A DNA stretch of 64,000 bases. Origin: Bacteroidota bacterium. Lineage in GTDB: Bacteria; Bacteroidota; Bacteroidia; B-17B0; Aurantibacillaceae. The notes beneath the pieces were generated by a model. The model searched no databases. It saw only the letters and a list, made by a program, of their open reading frames with translations, and was not told where the DNA came from. This document shows, piece by piece, positions 28,699 through 37,312 of the stretch. How positions within the stretch are numbered: position 1 is the first letter of the stretch; each line of letters begins with the position of its first letter. The DNA is taken from positions 50,526 through 114,525 of the forward strand of contig JAUXTT010000028.1 in NCBI GenBank assembly GCA_030684395.1, written 5' to 3'. A program made the translations under genes and the position numbers.

Positions 28699-29121
28699 AT
28701 GCAAGAAAAAAAATGCATATTAAACCCCTTTCAAAAAGGCAAAAAACTGTACAGTGTTATTCATTTAAAATGTCCGCGCTGCCAGGAAGGCGATTTATTT
28801 ATGGTCAAAAATCCATATCGCTTAAAGCATCTTGATAAAATGCCACGTTATTGTATTAAATGCGGTGAAGATTTACAAAGAGAAGTTGGTTTTTATTACG
28901 GTTCAATGATGATAGGTCATGCAACAACAACTTTAATAGCAGTTATTGTTCACGTAATAGTTTTTTATTTTTACGGATGGGCAATTTTGCCTAATCTTTT
29001 ATCACTGCTCACAATCCTTATAGTGTCTTTTCCCATTGTTTTCAGGAGCTCAAGAGCCATTTGGATCAACATGTTTAGCAAATATGACCCCGAAGCAATA
29101 AGTAAAAAAATCATGCGTTGA
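28699..29121 (+). CDS. DUF983 family membrane protein
   Basis: ATG at 28699. Zinc-ribbon CPRCQEG...CIKCGED followed by two TM helices. Confidence 0.75.
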   Translation: MQEKKCILNPFQKGKKLYSVIHLKCPRCQEGDLFMVKNPYRLKHLDKMPRYCIKCGEDLQREVGFYYGSMMIGHATTTLIAVIVHVIVFYFYGWAILPNLLSLLTILIVSFPIVFRSSRAIWINMFSKYDPEAISKKIMR

Positions 29122-29144
29122 TTTTGCAAAAGCCAGATTCGTTT

Positions 29145-29396
29145 TTACTCCTTACTCTCTTCATACCCAAAATCAATATGAAGACCTGCCATTTTTGAAG
29201 CCATTACAGCCAATTCATCGCAACGGTTATTTTCTACATTACTTGCATGGACTTTAACCCAAACAAATTTTACTTTGTGCTTTTTAATTGCAGGTAAAAA
29301 CCGTTTCCATAGATCCACATTCTTTACTTTTGCCCAGCCTCTTTTGATCCAACCGTTGATCCATCTTTTTTCAATTGCATCTACCGCGTATTTTGA
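29145..29396 (-). pseudogene. RNase HI 3' fragment (last 83 codons plus stop), displaced copy
   Basis: Gapless alignment to 30784..31035 (~88% identity). It lacks the N-terminal catalytic half. ORF 29145..29444 continues into unrelated sequence from a TTG. Confidence 0.85.
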
Positions 29397-29544
29397 TAAT
29401 CTCCGCATTATACTCCGCATTATATTACTCATTAATACAAACAATTAAGCAATAAATTACAATTAACTAACTCTTTATCAGTAAATTAAAACACGATAGT
29501 TAATTCCGCATTAAATTCCGCAATTATTTTGTATTTTTGTATAA

Positions 29545-30765
29545 ATGCCGGGAATTAGCCTATATCGTTTACCTTCTTCAATGACTCCTGTTTTACCGGA
29601 AAAAGACGGGGAATTACGTGAACTTGCTACCGAACTTATAAAAAATTCGGCAAAACTAACAAGTGCGTTCAATCCGATAACACGCAGAGCTATCTCAGGT
29701 CTTATTGAGCCGATGAATAGCTATTATTCTAATCTTATTGAAGGACATTTTACACATCCACTTGAGATTGAAAAAGCTCTAAAAAAAGATTATTCAAAAG
29801 AACCGGCAAAAAAACTGCTTCAATTAGAAAGTCGTGCTCATGTAATTGTAAACCATGAAATGAAGAAAAAATTAAGTTCCATGAACAATGCCTATTCGTG
29901 GGAATTAATCAGTTGGTTACATAAAAGTTTTTACGAACACCTGCCAGAAGAACTCAGAACAATTAAAACTAAGAACGGAAATTCCATTACGCTTACACCG
30001 GGTGCAATCCGCACAAGTGAAGTAGAAGTAGGAAGGCATATCGCACCCGCCGCCGAATCATTAAATGAGTTTATAAGCTTTTTTGAAGATAATTACAGTA
30101 GAAAAAAAATCGCTGATCCTCTCAAACGAATTATTGCTATTGCAGCATCTCATCATCGTTTGACCTGGATACATCCCTTTCTTGATGGAAACGGTCGTGT
30201 TGTGAGATTATTCAGTGAAGCTGCTGCAATTATTGAAAACGTTGACGGAGATGGCTTATGGTCTATTTCACGGGGGCTTGCAGTTAACAATAAAGAATAC
30301 TACGATGCATTAAATAATGCAGATATGAAACGCTGGAACGATTATGATGGACACGGAAACTTATCTGATAAATTTCTTACTGAGTTTTGTGTTTTTTTTC
30401 TGAAAACCGCTATTGACCAAACCAACTTTATGCTTTCCTTATTAGAGCCCGAAAAAATGACGAACCGTTTAAAAGAGTTCGTTAACCTTATGACTATTAG
30501 GAGTGAGATGAGAAAAGAAAGCATTTATCTTCTGGAAGAAGCTATGTTTAAAGGAAAGGTATACAAAGGTGACTTAGAACGTATCACCGGGAAATCAGAA
30601 AATGTTGCAAGAAGCATTATGAAAAACTTGATAGATGAAGGCTTATTAATAAATGAGTCAGAAGAATTCCGCTCACCTGTTATTATTAATTTTCCTATTA
30701 AACATGCTCCTTATATTTTTCCTAAACTATTTCCGAAAGATGTAGAAGCAACAATGAAAGATTAA
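29545..30765 (+). CDS. Fic family protein (AMPylase-type)
   Basis: Canonical Fic motif HPFLDGNGRVVR (nt 30172..30207), N-terminal inhibitory-type motif SNLIEG, C-terminal winged-helix-like region. The start may instead be the ATG at 29581. Confidence 0.9.
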   Translation: MPGISLYRLPSSMTPVLPEKDGELRELATELIKNSAKLTSAFNPITRRAISGLIEPMNSYYSNLIEGHFTHPLEIEKALKKDYSKEPAKKLLQLESRAHVIVNHEMKKKLSSMNNAYSWELISWLHKSFYEHLPEELRTIKTKNGNSITLTPGAIRTSEVEVGRHIAPAAESLNEFISFFEDNYSRKKIADPLKRIIAIAASHHRLTWIHPFLDGNGRVVRLFSEAAAIIENVDGDGLWSISRGLAVNNKEYYDALNNADMKRWNDYDGHGNLSDKFLTEFCVFFLKTAIDQTNFMLSLLEPEKMTNRLKEFVNLMTIRSEMRKESIYLLEEAMFKGKVYKGDLERITGKSENVARSIMKNLIDEGLLINESEEFRSPVIINFPIKHAPYIFPKLFPKDVEATMKD

Positions 30766-30783
30766 GCAGAAGTCTTAAAGTAA

Positions 30784-31242
30784 TTACTCCTTACTCTCTT
30801 CATACCCAAAATCAACATGAAGACCCGGCATTTTTGAAGCCATTACTGCTAATTCATCGCAGCGGTTATTTTCTACATTACTTGCGTGACCTTTTACCCA
30901 AACAAACTTCACTTTATGTTTTTTTATGACCGGTAAAAAACGTTTCCAAAGATCAACATTCTTCACTTTTGCCCAGCCCCTTTTGATCCATCCATTGATC
31001 CATCTTTTTTCTACTGCATCTACCACGTATTTGGAATCAGAAAAAACAACTACGTCAACACCTTCTTTTTTGATGCTCTCCAATGCTACGATAACACTTA
31101 ATAATTCCATCCGGTTATTGGTGGTCTTACGAAAACCTTCGTACATTTCTTTACGATGTTGTCCATATAGCATAACTATTCCATAACCGCCCGGTCCCGG
31201 ATTACCACTACAAGCGCCGTCTGTGTATATGTGAATTTGCAT
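30784..31242 (-). CDS. rnhA: ribonuclease HI
   Basis: 152 aa. DGACSGNPGPGG, TNNRMEL, FSDSKY, GHASNVENNRCDELA (DEDD-type catalytic residues). Confidence 0.95.
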   Translation of the reverse strand: MQIHIYTDGACSGNPGPGGYGIVMLYGQHRKEMYEGFRKTTNNRMELLSVIVALESIKKEGVDVVVFSDSKYVVDAVEKRWINGWIKRGWAKVKNVDLWKRFLPVIKKHKVKFVWVKGHASNVENNRCDELAVMASKMPGLHVDFGYEESKE

Positions 31243-31245
31243 AAA

Positions 31246-31818
31246 TTAAAGCCCGGTATTTGTTCGGAAAATCTTAACCGCAATAGCTAAGAGAATAATA
31301 CCGAATACTTTTCGCAGAATAGAGATTCCTCCCACCCCTAAAACACGTTCAATGTGTTTCATTGTTTTAAGAACGAGATAAACGATACCCACATTAACAA
31401 CAATACCAATCAAAATAGAAAGCATACTGTATTGTGCACGCATAGAGAGCAAAGTTGTTAATGTTCCAGTTCCCGCAATAAGTGGAAAGGCCAATGGCAC
31501 AACGGATGCTGTTCCCGGCACTTCGTCCTTATATAAACGAATACCCAATATCATTTCCAAAGCAATAAAAAAGATAACAAGGGAACCCGCAATAGCGAAG
31601 TCGCTAGCAGTTAAGCCTATCAGTTTCAAAATTGATTCTCCTGCAAAAAGAAAAACGACCATAATACCTAATGAAACCAAGGATGCTTTTGCAGCGTTGA
31701 TCTCGCCTGATTTTTGCTTTAAACTGATAATAACAGGAATTGAACCTATTACATCAATCACAGCAAACAATACCATTATTACTGTTGCAATTTCTTTTAT
31801 GTTAAATGTAAAGTCCAT
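31246..31818 (-). CDS. MarC family membrane protein
   Basis: Multi-TM UPF0056 pattern. The ATG at 31818 (MDFTFNIKE) is preferred over the GTG at 31839, which lies in the repeat element. Confidence 0.85.
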   Translation of the reverse strand: MDFTFNIKEIATVIMVLFAVIDVIGSIPVIISLKQKSGEINAAKASLVSLGIMVVFLFAGESILKLIGLTASDFAIAGSLVIFFIALEMILGIRLYKDEVPGTASVVPLAFPLIAGTGTLTTLLSMRAQYSMLSILIGIVVNVGIVYLVLKTMKHIERVLGVGGISILRKVFGIILLAIAVKIFRTNTGL

Positions 31819-31829
31819 TTGTTTTATGT

Positions 31830-31910
<81 letters not shown>

Positions 31911-31928
31911 TTTCTTTCTTTTATATAC

Positions 31929-32249
31929 TCAATCTTCAAGCATCCAGATAACTTCTGATAGTTCGCCTGCAGCCTTTTTATTGTTTTGTTTTTGTGCTAA
32001 TACTAATCCGTTCTTATAAATTTCAATTGCTTTAGACTCTTCTTTCGACTCTTCAAACAGTTTTCCAAGTTTATAATAAGCTCCTAAATATTCAGGGTTT
32101 CTGTTAAGCAAACTTTGTAATTGGCTTATTGCTTCTTTCAAATTACCGGAGGCTTCCAACTCTAAGGCTAATGCATAGTTCAGAAAGTCGTCGTTGGGTT
32201 CCATTTCCAACATTTCCCTGATCTGCTTCAGCCTGATCGTTTCTTCCAT
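31929..32249 (-). CDS. tetratricopeptide repeat protein
   Basis: 106 aa with TPR-like helices (NPEYLGAYYKLGKLFEE). Its ATG overlaps the pheS stop by 1 nt (TAATG). Confidence 0.7.
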   Translation of the reverse strand: MEETIRLKQIREMLEMEPNDDFLNYALALELEASGNLKEAISQLQSLLNRNPEYLGAYYKLGKLFEESKEESKAIEIYKNGLVLAQKQNNKKAAGELSEVIWMLED

Positions 32250-33274
32250 TACAATGCAGATGTGAACTGATTCACAAAACGAATATCATTCTCAAAGAAC
32301 AAACGCAAGTCCTTCACCTGGTATTTAAGCATGGTAATACGCTCGATTCCCATTCCAAACGCAAAGCCCGTATATTTTGTGCTATCAATCTTACAATTCT
32401 CTAATACCTGCGGGTCAACCATTCCGCAGCCTAAGATTTCAACCCAACCGCTGTATTTACAAACGTTACAGCCTGCACCTTTACATAGTGTGCAGGAAAT
32501 ATCCATCTCAGCACTTGGCTCAGTAAAAGGGAAGTAGCTTGGACGCAAACGAATTTTTGTATCTGCTCCAAACATCTCCTTCGAAAAATACATCAAAGTT
32601 TGTTTTAAATCTGCAAACGAAACATTAGTATCAATATACAAACCTTCGACCTGATGGAACTGGCAGTGTGCACGCGCACTGATAGCTTCATTCCGATATA
32701 CTCTTCCCGGAGAAATAGTACGAATAGGAGGTTTTTGATTTTCCATAATATGTACCTGCACCGAAGATGTTTGTGTACGTAACACCATATCAGGCAAAGT
32801 TGATACATAAAAAGTATCCTGCATATCACGCGCCGGATGATTCTCAGGTGTGTTAAGCGCAGTAAAGTTATGCCAATCGTCTTCGATCTCACGTCCGTCA
32901 GAAACGGTGAAACCAATACGGGCAAAAATATCTATGATCTGCTTTTTTACAATAGAAATAGGGTGGCGCGAACCTAAAGCAACAAAAGGCTCACCAGGAA
33001 CAGTAAGGTCAATAGTTGATTCAGCAGTTGAATGCTGATTCTCAAATTTTTCCTTTAGAGCATTGATCTTATCCTGAGCTCTTGTTTTCAACTCATTCAA
33101 TCTTTGTCCCATTTCACGTTTCAATTCCGGTGCTACCGTTTTAAAATCGTCGAATAAAGTGGTAATCTCACCTTTTTTACTCAACCATTTAATCCGGTAT
33201 TCTTCCAGCTGCTCTTTGCTATCTGCAGCAAATACTTCAACGTCTTCCAGTAATTTTTCTATTTTATCACGCAT
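32249..33274 (-). CDS. pheS: phenylalanine--tRNA ligase subunit alpha
   Basis: 341 aa with class II motifs, including RPSYFPFTEPS and GMGIERI. Confidence 0.97.
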   Translation of the reverse strand: MRDKIEKLLEDVEVFAADSKEQLEEYRIKWLSKKGEITTLFDDFKTVAPELKREMGQRLNELKTRAQDKINALKEKFENQHSTAESTIDLTVPGEPFVALGSRHPISIVKKQIIDIFARIGFTVSDGREIEDDWHNFTALNTPENHPARDMQDTFYVSTLPDMVLRTQTSSVQVHIMENQKPPIRTISPGRVYRNEAISARAHCQFHQVEGLYIDTNVSFADLKQTLMYFSKEMFGADTKIRLRPSYFPFTEPSAEMDISCTLCKGAGCNVCKYSGWVEILGCGMVDPQVLENCKIDSTKYTGFAFGMGIERITMLKYQVKDLRLFFENDIRFVNQFTSAL

Positions 33275-33320
33275 GACGCAAAATTAAGGATTTATTGGGA
33301 TTTTGAGCGGGATTTTTTTA

Positions 33321-33402
33321 GCTGCAGATTTTCACGGATTACGCAGATATTCAATTAAATTATTTTTTATTTATTACAAAACAAATCTGCGAAATCCGCG
33401 GC
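33321..33402. repeat. GCAGATT-type intergenic inverted-repeat element
   Basis: GCTGCAGATTTTCACGGATTACGCAGAT ... AAATCTGCGAAATCCGCGGC. The left arm is nearly identical to 55556..55583. Confidence 0.6.
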
Positions 33403-33408
33403 TAACCT

Positions 33409-34371
33409 TTACACTTCAATCGTATTCCCGCAATCAAAATGGCCTTTCGGGCATTGTTTGTAGCCATGAAGTCCGCAGGGTTTACAGTCGAGTTGTTTGG
33501 AGGTTTCTACTACTCTCGAGTTATCTGCTAATGGTGTAAATCCGAATGATGGAACAGTACTACAGAAAAAAGCAGTTGTTGGCGCATTCATAGCAGAAGC
33601 TAAATGCAAAGGAGCTGAATCGTTCACATAATTCATTTTCGCATCTTTCATCAATGCACAAGAATCTAGCAGGTTTAGCTTGCCTGAAAGATTTATTATT
33701 CTTTGATGGGTGCTGTTTGCATTTATCTCATCACACAATTTTGCATCTCCGGGTGCACCCAGCAGGTAGATAGTTGTGGTTGGAGAAAGTTTATCGCACA
33801 ACTCTACCCACTTGTGAAATGGCAATTGTTTGGTAAACCATACGGATGATGGTGCCATACAAACATATTCGCCTGTTTTATATTCCTTTACTTTTTCAAA
33901 ATTTGAAAGTGTCGGATACAGTTTCGGCTTTGCAAATTGATTATCTGTAAAGCTTTCTATTAATTGTTGATTACGTTCTACTTCGTGTTTTCCACTTCCA
34001 ATCTCATGTTTTATTTTTTTTGAAAACATAAAAGAGAATGGGTTTTTATCAAAGCCGATCTTTTCTTTTGCTCCTGAAAATGCTGTCAGAAAACCTGAAC
34101 TGGCAAAGCGGTGCAGATTAATCACTTTATCATACTGTTCGGCTTTTATTTTTTTCCTTAAAGCGAACAAACTTTTGTATTTGCCTTCCTGCTTATTCCA
34201 AACAATACAGTTGCTAAGAAAAGGATGATCTTTATACAAAGTTTCATTTCCCTTACGCACCAACAAGTCTAACTGAACAAATGGAAAACACTGATGAAGT
34301 TTTTCCAATACAGCACTTGCAAGGATAGCATCACCAATAAATGCAGTTTGTATAACAAGTATTTTCTGCAT
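33409..34371 (-). CDS. glycosyltransferase family 9 (heptosyltransferase-like)
   Basis: N-terminus MQKILVIQTAFIGDAIL and the C-terminal motif NDSAPLHLASA. Confidence 0.88.
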   Translation of the reverse strand: MQKILVIQTAFIGDAILASAVLEKLHQCFPFVQLDLLVRKGNETLYKDHPFLSNCIVWNKQEGKYKSLFALRKKIKAEQYDKVINLHRFASSGFLTAFSGAKEKIGFDKNPFSFMFSKKIKHEIGSGKHEVERNQQLIESFTDNQFAKPKLYPTLSNFEKVKEYKTGEYVCMAPSSVWFTKQLPFHKWVELCDKLSPTTTIYLLGAPGDAKLCDEINANSTHQRIINLSGKLNLLDSCALMKDAKMNYVNDSAPLHLASAMNAPTTAFFCSTVPSFGFTPLADNSRVVETSKQLDCKPCGLHGYKQCPKGHFDCGNTIEV

Positions 34372-34379
34372 TAACTTTC

Positions 34380-35012
34380 TTAATCAACAAATGTAATTTC
34401 GGTGATCTCCTTTTTGATAACGTAATCCATCATTTCAGGTGAAAAGCAACGCAGTTCACGGTATTTAACGGTAACTTTTTTTCCTATTTGCGCCAGGGGA
34501 TTGTTTTCAAAAGACGTGCTTCCTTTAAAAAAACGAAGCCACATAAATGTTTCTTTGCTTCCCATTGAGTTTTCAATAGTTACATAATAAAAATCCTTTT
34601 TATCCAATGATTTGATCACGCCTGTAGCGCTTCCCTCTTTACCGACTTCTTCCTCTGTTTTAGTTATAGTTCCTGCCGTTTTATTTTCTTCTGCACGCAT
34701 AGCCATTTTCATAAACTTCGGGCAATTCTCAACTAATTTTGCTCCAATTTTTGTCCCCACTGCTTCATAAGACTCCTGAGTTTGATCGGCTGCAATTTTA
34801 TTTTCTTTGCATATCTTTTCATAATATGTCAATAATGGTTGTCCCAAACAATCGGTAAGGATTTTTTGCCAGTCTTCGTTGGTGATATCATCCGGCACAT
34901 TGGCTTTATTGATACAATCGCAGGTTTCGTTTGCGGCTTTTTCAGCACTTTTTTGCGCACTTACAGTTAAGGACAGAATTGCAAAAGCAATCAGGAGAAT
35001 GGATTTTTTCAT
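34380..35012 (-). CDS. hypothetical secreted protein
   Basis: Signal peptide MKKSILLIAFAILSLTVSAQ. No family recognised. Confidence 0.5.
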   Translation of the reverse strand: MKKSILLIAFAILSLTVSAQKSAEKAANETCDCINKANVPDDITNEDWQKILTDCLGQPLLTYYEKICKENKIAADQTQESYEAVGTKIGAKLVENCPKFMKMAMRAEENKTAGTITKTEEEVGKEGSATGVIKSLDKKDFYYVTIENSMGSKETFMWLRFFKGSTSFENNPLAQIGKKVTVKYRELRCFSPEMMDYVIKKEITEITFVD

Positions 35013-35031
35013 TGTAAATTTTTACTAATTA

Positions 35032-35838
35032 TTATACTGCAACATTATGTTCTCTTAAAGCGTCGTTTAAAGATGTTTTAAGATCGGTACTTTCTTTTCT
35101 TTTTCCAATGATCAATGCACAAGGTACCTGAAAATCACCTGCCGGGAACTTCTTTGTGTACGAACCGGGTATCACTACACTTCTTTCGGGAACATATCCT
35201 TTTGTCTCAATTGGATTAGCTCCGGTTACATCAATAATTTTTGTTGATTGTGTAAGAACAACATTTGCTCCCAATACTGCTTCTTTTCCAACCCTTACAC
35301 CTTCTACAACAATACAACGTGATCCTATAAAACAATTGTCTTCAATAATTACCGGGGCTGCCTGAACCGGTTCTAAAACCCCTCCAATTCCTACGCCACC
35401 ACTTAAATGAACGTGCTTACCAATCTGCGCACAACTTCCAACAGTTGCCCAGGTATCAACCATTGTGCCACTATCTACATAAGCTCCAATGTTTACAAAA
35501 CCCGGCATCATAATAACGCCGCTTGCAATATAACTTCCATAGCGCGCAATTGCACCGGGAACAACACGTACACCTAATTTCGCGTAATCCGTTTTTAGCG
35601 CCATCTTATCGTGAAACTCAAATGGTTTTAACTCCATTGTTTCCATCTGGCGAATAGGGAAATACATAATCACAGCTTTTTTTACCCAATCGTTCACCTG
35701 CCAGCCCCCATTTACCGGAGCTGCCACGCGCAACACTCCTTTATCCAATTGTTCTATTACTGTATTTATAACATCCTGAACTTCTTTTGTTTTTAGAAGC
35801 TCTCTGTTTTCCCAGGCTTGTTCTACTATCTGTTGCAT
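35032..35838 (-). CDS. dapD: 2,3,4,5-tetrahydropyridine-2,6-dicarboxylate N-succinyltransferase
   Basis: 268 aa. Left-handed beta-helix hexapeptide repeats and a DapD-type N-terminal domain. Confidence 0.93.
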   Translation of the reverse strand: MQQIVEQAWENRELLKTKEVQDVINTVIEQLDKGVLRVAAPVNGGWQVNDWVKKAVIMYFPIRQMETMELKPFEFHDKMALKTDYAKLGVRVVPGAIARYGSYIASGVIMMPGFVNIGAYVDSGTMVDTWATVGSCAQIGKHVHLSGGVGIGGVLEPVQAAPVIIEDNCFIGSRCIVVEGVRVGKEAVLGANVVLTQSTKIIDVTGANPIETKGYVPERSVVIPGSYTKKFPAGDFQVPCALIIGKRKESTDLKTSLNDALREHNVAV

Positions 35839-35916
35839 ACTAGTTTAAAATCACGGCAAGTTACTAAAAAATAAAATGTATCGGTTTTATATGTAATTTT
35901 AAGTTCTATTCAAATT

Positions 35917-36723
35917 GTGAAAAACTTACTACACATATTCCTTGTTCTCTTCGTTTATACCGGCTTAAACTCTCAAACCCTTGTCATTGCCCACCGTGGG
36001 GCAAGCGCGTATAAACCCGAAAACAGTATTTCAGCTTTTGAAGAGGCAATTAACATGAAGGCGGATTATATTGAAACGGATGTTCATCAAACGGCCGACG
36101 GCGTGGTTGTTTTGATGCATGACCTTAGTGTAGACAGAACTTGTACAGTTCCAAAAGGATTGAAAAAAAATGGAAAAACATTAGTCAAAAATTTAAGCTT
36201 TACCGAATTTAAAACCCTTGAGTTGAAGGATTACAAAGGAGCTCCACCCAGCTTAGATTCTGCTATTAAATTTATTAACGGGCGCTGTAAGTTATTGGTT
36301 GAATTAAAAAAAGGAAGTGACTATTATCCCGGAATTGAAAAAAAAATTATTGAGATCATAAAAGCAAATAATGCCGAGAGCTGGGTAGATATTATTCACT
36401 CTTTCGACAAAAAAGCTCTCTTAAACGTTCAGGAACAAAAAAGCGGAATCAAACTGCAGAAACTGATCGTTTTTAAATTACCACTCAGCAGTTTTGTATT
36501 TTCAAAGAAATTAAACAAAGATGACTTTAAAAACTGGCAGGGGGTTAATGTTTACAGGCTTTTTGCAAGTAAGCGACTAATTAGGGAACTCCACAAACAA
36601 AACGTTCAGGTATTTGTGTGGACTGTTAATAAAAAACGGAAAGCTCAAAAGCTTATCAAACGTGGTGTTGATGGCATCATAACAAACAAACCCGATATGA
36701 TAAAGAAGCTCTTAATTCCCTGA
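35917..36723 (+). CDS. glycerophosphodiester phosphodiesterase family protein
   Basis: GTG start, signal peptide, GDPD motifs IAHRGAS...PENS and ETDVHQT. Confidence 0.85.
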   Translation: MKNLLHIFLVLFVYTGLNSQTLVIAHRGASAYKPENSISAFEEAINMKADYIETDVHQTADGVVVLMHDLSVDRTCTVPKGLKKNGKTLVKNLSFTEFKTLELKDYKGAPPSLDSAIKFINGRCKLLVELKKGSDYYPGIEKKIIEIIKANNAESWVDIIHSFDKKALLNVQEQKSGIKLQKLIVFKLPLSSFVFSKKLNKDDFKNWQGVNVYRLFASKRLIRELHKQNVQVFVWTVNKKRKAQKLIKRGVDGIITNKPDMIKKLLIP

Positions 36724-36773
36724 TCAAAAATTAATTTTGCTTTTTAATTTAAAAATTATTTACCTTTGTACAT

Positions 36774-37136
36774 ATGCACAGAAAAAATACTATAAAAAAA
36801 CTAAGTTTAACGCTTGTATTTTTATTCTCATTTATCTTCCAAACCGCATACTCCATTTCTTTTAATGTTACCTCTGTTCAGAGTAGCGATTATCAGCACA
36901 AGCATCTTGATAAATCTTCTCCAAAAGAAGAAATTTCAGAAAACAGTTTCATTGAAAAAGAAATTGAAAAAGAAAAAGACAGTGAGCTTGATTGCAAATT
37001 ATTAACCTTCATTATACCGTATCTGGTTTTCCAATTAGAATGCTCAACCTCAAACGAATTTGTATCTTCTGAAGAAAAGACCCGGTACCTAACTAAAGAA
37101 TCTATCTTTATCATTGTACGAAGTATTCGTATTTGA
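36774..37136 (+). CDS. hypothetical membrane-anchored acidic protein (120 aa)
   Basis: Single N-terminal hydrophobic helix, acidic KE-rich linker, hydrophobic C-terminus ...IFIIVRSIRI. TAccTTTG box at 36761..36768. Resembles 41694..42080. Confidence 0.4.
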   Translation: MHRKNTIKKLSLTLVFLFSFIFQTAYSISFNVTSVQSSDYQHKHLDKSSPKEEISENSFIEKEIEKEKDSELDCKLLTFIIPYLVFQLECSTSNEFVSSEEKTRYLTKESIFIIVRSIRI

Positions 37137-37312
37137 TCCTTTTATTACATTCCTTATATAGCTAAGCTATATAACAACATTCGGCCAGAATGTTACCCAG
37201 TGCTTTATAGTTCTTTAAAGCAAACTGATTTAATAAATTTATTAGCCATTTTTTTTTGTAATTATTGTTTCAACAATAAGCGCTAAAAATCTGTAAATCG
37301 AAAAAGACAAAT

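Larger units (their letters stand above)
29145..31035. mobile_element. putative integrated cassette remnant: fic gene between rnhA-derived direct repeats
   Basis: 252-bp direct repeats at both ends with a single cargo gene. No recombinase gene is present. Confidence 0.45.

Noticed and set aside
29145-29444. 99-aa ORF as a functional small RNase H-like protein
   Set aside because: Only the C-terminal 83 residues are RNase HI-like. The N-terminal catalytic Asp/Glu residues are missing, and the ORF starts at a TTG in unrelated repeat-containing sequence. It is called a gene fragment.
29397-30783. Toxin-antitoxin pairing for the Fic protein
   Set aside because: No small ORF is adjacent on either side that could be a FicA-type antitoxin. 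The inhibitory S/TxxxE(G/N) motif (SNLIEG) is within the Fic protein itself, so it is an auto-inhibited single-gene type.
33303-33539. 78-aa plus-strand ORF
   Set aside because: It starts inside the GCAGATT-type repeat element and then runs antisense to the glycosyltransferase family 9 gene. It has no protein-like features.
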